From a virus: a stretch of DNA of 61,334 bases. Both the position numbers and the translations under genes were made by a program. Positions within the stretch are counted from its first letter, which is position 1. Each line of letters begins with the position of its first letter. The notes under the pieces were generated by a model. It did no database searches. It was not told the origin of the DNA and worked only from the letters and a program-made list of their open reading frames with translations. Positions 24,352 through 32,979 of this stretch are shown here, piece after piece. Location: IMG/VR virus record IMGVR_UViG_3300045988_079341. One strand, written 5' to 3'.

Positions 24352-26082
24352 TTGTCTGAAAAATTGCAAAAAGCGCTAGAAAGCTACGAAAACTATATCA
24401 GGAATTATGGAATAACACTTGAAGTAATAAACGCTTATTCCGAGGCGGCGAGTATCGCAATCAATTCCGAAAAGAATGTTCCGCTTGGGTTAAAAATTAC
24501 AAGGCGAGCAAAAGAAATTGCAGAAAAATACATACTTGAAAAGACGAACGGAACTGTGTGGGAGCTGGAAAAATATTCCTTTGAGAACGGGAAACCGTTC
24601 GACGTTCTGGAACTGTATTACGGGATATTGCTTCTGGAAGCGCAAAATAAGGTCGTAGACAGTTTTTTTCGATATATTGAGAAAAATAGAACGCCTAAAG
24701 ACAGGTTTTATATGCCACGCAGGAAACAGCTTAAAAAAATAGGTCTTGTGGATGCGCTGCAGGGAATGATTGATGATGAGTACGATATTTTATGCATAAG
24801 TTTGCCACCCGGAACCGGAAAAACGAGTTGCGAAAAATTTTTTGCAGCTGGCTTAATCGGGTGGTATCCGAAAGACTTTAATCTTTTTTATTCCCACAGC
24901 GGAGACATCACAAGAATGTTCTATGACGGCGTGCTTGATATTGTAACCAATGCGGACGAGTATACATGGGGGGAAATATTCCCGTCTCTTAGGGTTACAA
25001 GAACAGACGCAAAAATGGAACAGTTCAACATCGGGAAATACAAACCATTTCCGTCCATTCAATGCACGTCTGTTGGAAGCAAAAATGCAGGTAAAGTAAG
25101 AGCATCGAAGTTTTTACTTGTTGATGACATGATCGGCGGAATTGAAGAAGCGATGAACCCTGTAATACTAGACAAGCTTTGGAGCAAATACTCAGTAGAT
25201 GCAAGACAAAGAAAAATACAGGATACGGACGGACGTAATTGCAAGGAAATACATATTGCTACAAGGTGGAGCGTGCATGACGTTATAGGACGGTTGCAAA
25301 ACATGTACGAAGGCAATGACCGCGTAAAGGTAATTGCCGTGCCCGATGTCGATTCGGTAACAGGAGAAAGCAATTTTGATTATGAATTTTCCGGTTTTAC
25401 AAAAGAGTTTTTTGAAGATCAGCAGCTCTTAATGGATGATGTATCTTACAGATGCTTATACAAACAGGAGCCGATTGAGCGAGAAGGTCTTGTATTTCCT
25501 GACGATAAAGTCAGAAGGTATTTGAATCTACCGCATGGAGAACCGGAAATTATAACGGCACAGTGCGACACGAAAGGAAAGGGCACAGACTTTTTTGTAA
25601 TGCCGGTATTGCAAAAATACGGAGAAGATTATTACTGTGTTGACTGCGTTTGTGATAATACAGCGGATTACGAGATACAGTACGAGAATGCTGCAAATAT
25701 GCTTTTTAACAACAAAGTCCAGGAATGCGAGTTTGAACGTAATGCAGGCGGAGACAGAGTCGCTATGGAGGTGAATAAGCGTGTTGAAGGAATGGGGTGG
25801 GTTTGCAATATAACCGATACTCCAACCGAAACCAATAAAGAGGCTAGAATATTCCAATGTTCAAACTGGATCCTGCAGCACATCGTGTTCAAAGACAAAA
25901 GCATGTACTCACCGAAAGAACCATACGGAATAATGATGTCGTTACTGGAGAGGTATTCTGTGTCTGGTAAAAAGCAATTGGATGACGTGCCAGATGTATT
26001 TTCAAACTTTGCATTAAGAGTAACAAAAGGAGAAAGAGTCGCAAGAGTAGAAGCTGTAAGAAATCCGTTTAGGAGGTATTGA
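24352..26082 (+). CDS. terL: Terminase large subunit
   Basis: Walker A-like SLPPGTGKTS, Walker B LLVDDMIGG, and a C-terminal nuclease-like region. It sits at the head of the structural module. Confidence 0.85.
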   Translation: MSEKLQKALESYENYIRNYGITLEVINAYSEAASIAINSEKNVPLGLKITRRAKEIAEKYILEKTNGTVWELEKYSFENGKPFDVLELYYGILLLEAQNKVVDSFFRYIEKNRTPKDRFYMPRRKQLKKIGLVDALQGMIDDEYDILCISLPPGTGKTSCEKFFAAGLIGWYPKDFNLFYSHSGDITRMFYDGVLDIVTNADEYTWGEIFPSLRVTRTDAKMEQFNIGKYKPFPSIQCTSVGSKNAGKVRASKFLLVDDMIGGIEEAMNPVILDKLWSKYSVDARQRKIQDTDGRNCKEIHIATRWSVHDVIGRLQNMYEGNDRVKVIAVPDVDSVTGESNFDYEFSGFTKEFFEDQQLLMDDVSYRCLYKQEPIEREGLVFPDDKVRRYLNLPHGEPEIITAQCDTKGKGTDFFVMPVLQKYGEDYYCVDCVCDNTADYEIQYENAANMLFNNKVQECEFERNAGGDRVAMEVNKRVEGMGWVCNITDTPTETNKEARIFQCSNWILQHIVFKDKSMYSPKEPYGIMMSLLERYSVSGKKQLDDVPDVFSNFALRVTKGERVARVEAVRNPFRRY

Positions 26083-26085
26083 TAT

Positions 26086-26517
26086 ATGCAAGCAAAAGAA
26101 TATCTCGGTCAGGTAAGCAGAATTAACAGAATGATAAAAAATAAGGTTTCTGAGATTGCACAGCTGAAAGAGATTGCGATAAATATTTCTGCGATAGATA
26201 CAGAAGAGAGGGTGCAAACTTCTCCGGACTTTGACAAAATAGGGAAAATGTTTGTCAGAATTGACGAAGAAGAAGATAAACTTAACAGCTTGATATTTGA
26301 ATATATTGAGTTAAAGAATAAAATTATATCGCAGATTGAAGGAATTAAAGAAGAGACCTTCTATTGCGTATTGTTTTCTAGGTATGTCGAAAACAAAACA
26401 TTTGAAAAAATAGCAATTGATATGCAATATTCATTCCGCCAGATAACGAGACTACACGGGAAAGCGTTATTGGCATTTGATAAAATGTATGGGGAAGAAT
26501 ATAAAAACATGTCCTAG
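26086..26517 (+). CDS. DUF1492-like / sigma-70 region-4-like protein
   Basis: ...VLFSRYVENKTFEKIAIDMQYSFRQITRLHGKALLAF at the C-terminus, with an N-terminal coiled coil. Confidence 0.55.
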   Translation: MQAKEYLGQVSRINRMIKNKVSEIAQLKEIAINISAIDTEERVQTSPDFDKIGKMFVRIDEEEDKLNSLIFEYIELKNKIISQIEGIKEETFYCVLFSRYVENKTFEKIAIDMQYSFRQITRLHGKALLAFDKMYGEEYKNMS

Positions 26518-26571
26518 AATGTCCTAATGTGAAAGTGCTATTATGTAAAATGAAAAGAAACAGTTAAGAGA

Positions 26572-26597
26572 AGCGTTGCGGATGCAGCGCTTTTTTT
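26572..26597 (+). terminator. Rho-independent terminator between the terL unit and the portal
   Basis: Stem agcgttgc/gcagcgct (one G-T pair) followed by ttttttt. Confidence 0.6.
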
Positions 26598-26615
26598 ATT
26601 TCGGAGATTAAGGTT

Positions 26616-26807
26616 ATGCATTCACAGTTTGTTTATTGCCCGAAATGCAAAAGAAGAGTTGCACGATACGACGGAAAATCAAAGATAAATATAATTGTGG
26701 AATGCAGGAAATGCAGGCAGCTTGTACTATTTCACGTAGACACCGGAATTACTGAGAATAAGCGTGTCCCAAAAAGAAATACAAGTTCTGGTACAACGAT
26801 TTGGTAG
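26616..26807 (+). CDS. Mu Com-like zinc-finger protein
   Basis: CPKCKRRV...INIIVECRKCRQLV follows the Com-type CxxC...CxxC layout. Confidence 0.5.
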   Translation: MHSQFVYCPKCKRRVARYDGKSKINIIVECRKCRQLVLFHVDTGITENKRVPKRNTSSGTTIW

Positions 26808-26817
26808 GTGTTTAAAT

Positions 26818-28242
26818 ATGAACAGAATCGGATTTAACGATTTAGTGAACGGGGATTTTGGAAGAAAAATAGCGTACACGGACGCTACAGAAATAAATTC
26901 ACAAAATGTTGTTGACATAATCGGAAATTGCATCGGATGTTTTTACAAAAACAAGCCTGCCATAAAATATCTCTGGAAGTATTACAAAGGAGATCAGCCG
27001 GTTCTTTACAGAACTAAAATATCAAATGAGGATATTATAAACAAAGTTGTTGAAAATCACGCATATGAAATTGTTCAGTTCAAGGTTGGCCAGACATACG
27101 GAGAATCGATACAGTTTATAAGCAGAAAAGACGATGAAAAAATAAATAAAGCGGTTGACGATCTGAACGACTTTATGGCAGATGCAAACAAGCAGGAAAA
27201 AGACGTAAAAGCGGGCGAGTGGCAGTCTGCAACCGGAACTTCATTCAAAGCGATTCAGCCGAAAAGCGGAGACGTACCATTCCGTATCGTAGCACCTAAT
27301 CCTTTAAATACTTTTGTGATATACAGCAAAAGCACAGAGGAACCTATGCTCGCTGTCCAGGAATTAAAAGACGAAAATGGGAAATATTACAAGATGGCGT
27401 TTTCCGATACGATGTCTTTTAAAGTAGTTGACAGCACAGTTGTGGAATCAAAGCTTCACACATACGGAGAAATACCGATTGTCGAATATCCAAACAATCA
27501 CGAGAGGATATCGGACATAGAACTTGTTGTGTCTATTCTTGATGCGGTAAATACGATGCAGTCAAACCGTATGGACGGCGTTGAGCAGTTTATACAGTCG
27601 TTTGTAAAATTCGTAAACTGCGAAATAGACGCGGAACAGTTCGAAAAAATGAAAATGGAACATGCATTTGTAGTGAAGTCCATAAATAAGGATTTTAAGT
27701 CGGATGTAGACCTGATTACTCAAGAGCTTAATCAGACGCAATGCCAGGTTGCGAAAGACGACCTGTGGGATAATGCACTTTCCATCTTGGCAATACCAAC
27801 AAAGCAGAGCAACACTGGCGGCGACACGCAGGGGGCGGTTCAGCTTCGCAACGGCTGGGACTTCTCGAAAACAAGAGCAAAATTAAAAGATCCAATTGTA
27901 AAAACAGCAGAAAAGAGATTAGCGGTTGTTGCGTTAAATGTACTCAGGATGGCAGGAATTGACCTGAAACTTTCCGTTAGGGATTTTGATGTGCAAATTA
28001 ACCACAGCCCACAGGACAACATGTATACGAAGTCGCAGACACTCTACCAGCTGTTACAGTCTGGTATTCATCCACTTGTCGCGATTAAAACAGTCGGACT
28101 TTGGGGGGATTCCGAAAAAACATTCCTTTTATCGAAACCATATATTGATAATTTGTGGAAGACGATTTACGACGTAGCGGAAAAAGTCGATACAAAAAGC
28201 GTAAATAACGATCCTAGAAAGGAGCCAGAGAATGAAGTATGA
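26818..28242 (+). CDS. Portal protein (SPP1 gp6-like)
   Basis: Size and position after terL. SD ggtaggtg lies before ATG 26818. Confidence 0.75.
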   Translation: MNRIGFNDLVNGDFGRKIAYTDATEINSQNVVDIIGNCIGCFYKNKPAIKYLWKYYKGDQPVLYRTKISNEDIINKVVENHAYEIVQFKVGQTYGESIQFISRKDDEKINKAVDDLNDFMADANKQEKDVKAGEWQSATGTSFKAIQPKSGDVPFRIVAPNPLNTFVIYSKSTEEPMLAVQELKDENGKYYKMAFSDTMSFKVVDSTVVESKLHTYGEIPIVEYPNNHERISDIELVVSILDAVNTMQSNRMDGVEQFIQSFVKFVNCEIDAEQFEKMKMEHAFVVKSINKDFKSDVDLITQELNQTQCQVAKDDLWDNALSILAIPTKQSNTGGDTQGAVQLRNGWDFSKTRAKLKDPIVKTAEKRLAVVALNVLRMAGIDLKLSVRDFDVQINHSPQDNMYTKSQTLYQLLQSGIHPLVAIKTVGLWGDSEKTFLLSKPYIDNLWKTIYDVAEKVDTKSVNNDPRKEPENEV

Positions 28243-28471
28243 AAACAATGTCGTTCAGGACGGCGTTACGTATATGGCTGGTGAAGACGTCCCCGACATG
28301 GGAAGCATCATATGCATAAAATTTTCCGGCAATATCAGAAGTTATGAAGGACTGCAAAAGGACGTCGCAAAGCTTCCTACATATGTTGCAACAGGTAGCT
28401 CCTGCTTAATGGTTGACACGGGAAGGTTTTATAAGTTCGAAAAAACAACAAAAACTTGGTATGAACTATAG
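28232..28471 (+). CDS. Hypothetical protein (79 aa)
   Basis: Overlaps the portal stop. No motif recognised. Confidence 0.45.
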   Translation: MKYENNVVQDGVTYMAGEDVPDMGSIICIKFSGNIRSYEGLQKDVAKLPTYVATGSSCLMVDTGRFYKFEKTTKTWYEL

Positions 28472-28486
28472 GAGCGATGCCGGAGA

Positions 28487-30205
28487 ATGGAAGCAAACGA
28501 AGTATATGCAATACTAAAAAATCTAATAAAGAAGAATTCTGGGGCAACCGACGAACAGATTAAGCAGGCCGTGGAAGAATATCTTATTAAAAATCCCGTA
28601 TCTGTAGAAACTGATAAGACCTTGTCAAAAAATGGAGTTCCGGCGGATTCAAAAGCCACAGGGGATGCGATAAAGAAAGCAGGAGAAAAGGTAAGCAGCA
28701 CCATTGACGAAAGAATCATGGACGCATTTTTCGGATCGATGAGAAACGGAAAAGTTTACCAGACGGAGCTGTATTTAACAGAGACAAACCCAACATCGGA
28801 CGGTGTAAAAACGCTTGCCAACAAAGACAAGGTGTGTGAACCTTCAACTGATACTTTAGAAGGTCGAGACGACTATGAGGGTATCGGTATTTTTAACTGG
28901 TACAACTGCAATTACGTCACGGATGACTACGGGCGCAAGATCCCTACAGCAATTGAGGGATGGGGAAACGGATATAAAAACGACAGCACTGTTGACGTAG
29001 GAGTTATCGCAATGACTCCGTACTGGTCGGTTATTGAGAAAGATGGGAAGCATATCTGGACGTTATCGGACACACCAAACGATGACTATGGGCTGATCCC
29101 ATGGGAAACGGCGAGAAAAGAAGATGGAACTTACGCATCCTATGTAATCCACAGCAAATACGTAAGCGGTATTGGAGCGGATGGTCTACTGAGATCATTC
29201 AAAAACTCAAAACCAGCAAGAAACCAGTGCTACAACAACATGATAGACAACTACCAAAAAAAAGGAAAAGGTTGCTGGGGAGCTGGAAAAGAAAGAGACA
29301 TGTACGTTATTTTGTACGACGTAATCAAGTACGCTACAAAAAACGAACAGAAAACCTTCAAGGGAACAACGAACTACAATTTCCAGATTACGGCGTCGAT
29401 AGAAAGAAGCACAAAAGAAACTTACTTCCCGGTGGCAAACAATCAGGCGGCGCAAATCATTGTTGGAGGTTACGTCTCCGTTGGATACGGAGCTAAAAAC
29501 ACAGATAACACGGTAACTAACGACAGGGGATACGCGACGATCCACCAGTATGCTGACGATGTTAAAGTGCTGAGGATCGAAGATCTGGGCGAAAACAACA
29601 AAGCTGTGTATCTGGACGTTGAGGACGGATTTACCACAAGCCCTGTTGCGTTGAGCGACGACGTAAATGCGCAGATAATTTTAACGTCGATGCACTGGTG
29701 GAGCGGCACGACGGACAAAGTAATCGGGAAGCACGATGGCTCAATGACATCCAACACGGATGGCAAGCATCCGTTTAGGGTAATGGGTCTGGAATGCTCT
29801 GTTGGCGGTTATGTAGTATACGCAGACTCGGTTATGATATTTAAAGAGGACTACAGCAAAGATGTATATATTGCGCCGAGAGGGACGAAACATGTAAAAG
29901 ACGAAGCGACGATCAAGAACACCTGCAAACTAATCGGTAATATACCTGGAAACGAGGGAAATGATTTTTGGATTGGCGACATCGGCGTTGATGTGGAAAC
30001 GTGCTCATGGTTTGCAAAGACCGTCGGAGCAAGCGATTCGCAAGGCTGGGGCGACAGATGCTACTCTGGTGGAAAAAGCACATCTGGAACCAGAGAGGAT
30101 CTTGGGCGCGGTTATCTCAGGCTTGGGTCGAATGCCGGCTCTGTTTGCGTGTATTGCTGGAACTGGCTCGCCAGGGCGCTCTGGAGCTCCCTCGGCTGCG
30201 AGTAA
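28487..30205 (+). CDS. DGR target protein (fibre/receptor-binding-like, C-terminal variable region)
   Basis: N-terminal TLSKNGVPADSKATGDAI fibre-type motif. The last 32 codons are the VR. The TR-encoded version RGNLRNGSNAGSVYVNCRNRLDRANWNYLG matches the AAY-rich ligand-binding pattern of DGR C-type-lectin-fold targets. Confidence 0.85.
   Translation: MEANEVYAILKNLIKKNSGATDEQIKQAVEEYLIKNPVSVETDKTLSKNGVPADSKATGDAIKKAGEKVSSTIDERIMDAFFGSMRNGKVYQTELYLTETNPTSDGVKTLANKDKVCEPSTDTLEGRDDYEGIGIFNWYNCNYVTDDYGRKIPTAIEGWGNGYKNDSTVDVGVIAMTPYWSVIEKDGKHIWTLSDTPNDDYGLIPWETARKEDGTYASYVIHSKYVSGIGADGLLRSFKNSKPARNQCYNNMIDNYQKKGKGCWGAGKERDMYVILYDVIKYATKNEQKTFKGTTNYNFQITASIERSTKETYFPVANNQAAQIIVGGYVSVGYGAKNTDNTVTNDRGYATIHQYADDVKVLRIEDLGENNKAVYLDVEDGFTTSPVALSDDVNAQIILTSMHWWSGTTDKVIGKHDGSMTSNTDGKHPFRVMGLECSVGGYVVYADSVMIFKEDYSKDVYIAPRGTKHVKDEATIKNTCKLIGNIPGNEGNDFWIGDIGVDVETCSWFAKTVGASDSQGWGDRCYSGGKSTSGTREDLGRGYLRLGSNAGSVCVYCWNWLARALWSSLGCE
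30106..30201 (+). repeat. DGR variable repeat (VR)
   Basis: 96-bp match to 30289..30384 at an offset of 183. There are 14 mismatches, every one opposite an adenine in the TR. Confidence 0.9.
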
Positions 30206-30288
30206 AATTAGGTCGTCGGGGGTGAATTTCCGAAGGAAAGAGGGGATCGCCCCAATACGACCGGAACAATTAAAAGGACTTACGGCGC

Positions 30289-30384
30289 GCGCGGTAATCT
30301 CAGGAATGGGTCGAATGCCGGCTCTGTTTACGTGAATTGCAGGAACAGGCTCGACAGGGCGAACTGGAACTACCTCGGCTGAAA
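30289..30384 (+). repeat. DGR template repeat (TR)
   Basis: Noncoding copy containing 24 adenines. 14 are substituted in the VR and 10 are conserved. 0 of 72 non-adenine positions differ. Confidence 0.9.
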
Positions 30385-30587
30385 TTGTTAATTTACAAAC
30401 AAAAAATATTTGCGTCGTATTTCGCACTCGTAAAGAGTGTAGCCGAAAGGCTCTTGGGCAGATGCCCGAAATACTTTTTATAGACCTACTAAAACTTTCA
30501 CAAAGGAAGGAGTAAGGATAGGCAGGGAACGCCTGCTTGTCGGGGTTAGTAGTAAAAACCGAAAGCCCTTATAAAGACAATCGAAAA

Positions 30588-31772
30588 ATGAAAACGTATT
30601 GTAAAAAGGTCGATATCACCGATAGAAAGCTGATACAAAGAGCGGTGTATAAGTGTCTCAAGAAGAAATACAAAAGAAACGATGTGCACAGGATGTTTGC
30701 AGAGTACACTGGACTTCCGGCAGATTTTATACGGAGAGTGCTGAACGAATTTGGTATAAAGGGACTGGAACCACTAGTAGAAATGGTAATCGACGGTGTA
30801 CGTGAAGAAATTATCCAAAATAACATAAAATTTAAACCGATATGGTACAAGAATAAAATTGACGCGTCCAGTCAAAAGGTGCGGAGAATCGGAATTCAAA
30901 ACATCAAACAGCAGATATATGACTATATCGCCGTAGAAGCTATGGGAGACATCCTGAAAAGAATTGGAGAATACCAATGCGCGGCGTTGAAAGGAAGAGG
31001 TCAATCATACGGGATTAAAGCGATAAAACGCTGGATGCGAAACAAAAATATCAGATACGCAGGACAATGCGACATAAAAAAGTGCTATCCGTCAATAGAC
31101 AGAAATAAGCTGTTGGAGTTTTTAGAGAAACGAATTAAAAACAAGCCACTACTTGGCTTGATAAGGCGCCTGGTAATGACGTTTGACACAGGATTGAGCA
31201 TTGGATCGTATTTGAGCCAGTATCTTTGCAACCTATTTTTATCTCAGGTATATCACACAGTAGCCGAAAAAATGTACCGTGTAAGAAAGAAAAGAAATGG
31301 AACAAAGAAGCGGATTAACCTTGTAAAGCACCAGCTGTTCTTCATGGACGATATGCTGATTCTTGGCACGAACGCAAGTGATATCCATAAAGCGATGGAT
31401 ATGATAATACAAAAGGCTAAAGAAATGGGGCTGGAAATCAAAGACAGCTGGTCGGTTTTTACAACAGTTAGCAAGAGCAAAGATGACGGACACTTTATCG
31501 ACATCATGGGAGTGCGCATATACAGGCAACACACTACGATCAGGCGGCGCGTATTCCTACGCGTTCGTAGGGCGTACAAAAATGCGCTTGCACTTATAAA
31601 GCAAAGTAAGAATGTGCCGCTGTGGCTTGCAAGAAAGTGCATGTCATACAAAGGAATCCTAGACAACACAGAAAGCCATAATATAAAAAAGAAATACAAT
31701 ACAAGCAAAATAATACACATTTGCAAAGGAGTGATATCGCGTGAAAGCAAGGTTCGATTCAGAGCAGCCTAG
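30588..31772 (+). CDS. DGR-type reverse transcriptase
   Basis: KVRRIGIQN (motif 2), LSIGSYLSQYLCN (DGR-typical [ILV]GxxxSQ), LFFMDDMLILG (YxDD-type catalytic motif). Lies downstream of the TR. The ATG at 30588 is preferred over the TTG at 30537. Confidence 0.85.
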   Translation: MKTYCKKVDITDRKLIQRAVYKCLKKKYKRNDVHRMFAEYTGLPADFIRRVLNEFGIKGLEPLVEMVIDGVREEIIQNNIKFKPIWYKNKIDASSQKVRRIGIQNIKQQIYDYIAVEAMGDILKRIGEYQCAALKGRGQSYGIKAIKRWMRNKNIRYAGQCDIKKCYPSIDRNKLLEFLEKRIKNKPLLGLIRRLVMTFDTGLSIGSYLSQYLCNLFLSQVYHTVAEKMYRVRKKRNGTKKRINLVKHQLFFMDDMLILGTNASDIHKAMDMIIQKAKEMGLEIKDSWSVFTTVSKSKDDGHFIDIMGVRIYRQHTTIRRRVFLRVRRAYKNALALIKQSKNVPLWLARKCMSYKGILDNTESHNIKKKYNTSKIIHICKGVISRESKVRFRAA

Positions 31773-32073
31773 CGTTAGGTGTGTTTCTGATTCCGGCAAT
31801 ATATATATATTTATTGCCGTAAACGGGAAGTGGACAGAAACCGTGTATGATGAAACGCAAGATCCACAGACAGTGTGGGAATGCGACTACAGAGAAATTG
31901 CGACAAGAGAAGGCAGAATAGACCTAGAGAAAGTAAAAGAGAATCCGAGTAAATATCTGGATTGGGTGGATCAGGAAGAAAGGAGCGCAGAAGAGAAAAT
32001 TGCAGAGTTACAAGACCAAAACAAGATGCTAACACAGTGTTTAATGGAAATGTCGGAGATTGTATATGCTTAA
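31741..32073 (+). CDS. XkdW-like hypothetical protein (beta N-terminus plus coiled coil)
   Basis: The layout resembles proteins that follow tail fibres in PBSX-like elements (from memory). GTG start overlaps the RT 3' end. Confidence 0.45.
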   Translation: MKARFDSEQPSVRCVSDSGNIYIFIAVNGKWTETVYDETQDPQTVWECDYREIATREGRIDLEKVKENPSKYLDWVDQEERSAEEKIAELQDQNKMLTQCLMEMSEIVYA

Positions 32074-32095
32074 ATGCTTAGAAAGGATGGTAATT

Positions 32096-32242
32096 ATGAT
32101 GGCTATGTTATGGGCGCAGGAAATTATGTCTCAGGAGACAATTGAAGAAGCAAAGAAAATGTATCAGAGATGTCCCAGACTGTTAAAGGAAAAGGTTAAG
32201 GCTATTCTGATAAACAGCGGGTTTGAAGAGATTACAGAATAA
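32096..32242 (+). CDS. XkdX-like small protein (48 aa)
   Basis: LWAQEIMSQETIEEAKKMYQRCPRLLKEKVKAILINSG pattern. SD aaagga lies 8 nt before ATG 32096. Confidence 0.4.
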   Translation: MMAMLWAQEIMSQETIEEAKKMYQRCPRLLKEKVKAILINSGFEEITE

Positions 32243-32247
32243 AGAAA

Positions 32248-32862
32248 ATGGCGGGAATACGATTAAAAAATGACGAATTAAACGTCATTTCATATGATAA
32301 GTATTTCGGAGAAATGGACATTTCGGAAGAAGAAAAGGAAAAGCGCAAACAGATTGCAAAAGAGCTGGAAGATGCTTTTTTTATTATGTTTTATCTTCTT
32401 ACAGATTCAGATATCGAAAGCGTATACAAATATATTCAGGAAAAGTATTGCGAAATCTGCAGAAAATACATTTCTTCGAAAGAAACGCCAACGTACATTG
32501 TTACGTATTCCGCTTATATTACAAAGCAGATCATTGATTCTGTAAAAGAAAATTTTGTTTATAACGCGGATACATGCAGATTGAAATCCATGAATATTGC
32601 AGCGAATGAAGCAAACGTAATTGGAAATTACATAAATCAAAAGGACGCAGTACGTCATGGGTTTAAGTACAAAGTTTGGAAGACCAAAGAGGACAAAAAA
32701 GTCCGACATACACATGTAAAAGTGGACGGAAAAAAGCTTGGAATATTCGATTCTTTTCAAGTCGGAAATTCTGAAATGATGTTTCCGAAAGATTATTCAC
32801 TTGGGGCGCACCCAGAGGAAATAGTAAACTGCCGGTGCGTAGTTAAATATGAAAGAAGTTAA
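32248..32862 (+). CDS. Minor head / head-morphogenesis protein (Mu F / SPP1 gp7-like)
   Basis: C-terminal VRHTHVKVDGKKLGIFDSFQVG...MFPKDYSLGAHPEEIVNCRCVV signature. Confidence 0.75.
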   Translation: MAGIRLKNDELNVISYDKYFGEMDISEEEKEKRKQIAKELEDAFFIMFYLLTDSDIESVYKYIQEKYCEICRKYISSKETPTYIVTYSAYITKQIIDSVKENFVYNADTCRLKSMNIAANEANVIGNYINQKDAVRHGFKYKVWKTKEDKKVRHTHVKVDGKKLGIFDSFQVGNSEMMFPKDYSLGAHPEEIVNCRCVVKYERS

Positions 32863-32890
32863 AGCTGCCAATATGGCAGCTTTTCTTTTT
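32861..32890 (+). terminator. Rho-independent terminator
   Basis: Stem aaagctgcca/tggcagcttt followed by a T-run. Confidence 0.8.
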
Positions 32891-32979
32891 TATAAGCAGC
32901 TATGCGGTAAATAGCAAATAAAAACTTTGCAGGAACGACCTGCGGAAACAAAAATGTGAGTTATTGGAGGTTATTTTTT

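Noticed and set aside
29961-30427. ORFs 29961..30335 (+) and 30005..30427 (-), considered as possible DGR accessory (Avd) genes.
   Set aside because: They span VR, TR and the gap between them. Their sequences simply translate the duplicated repeat (GRMPALF occurs twice). They have no SD and overlap the well-supported target gene.
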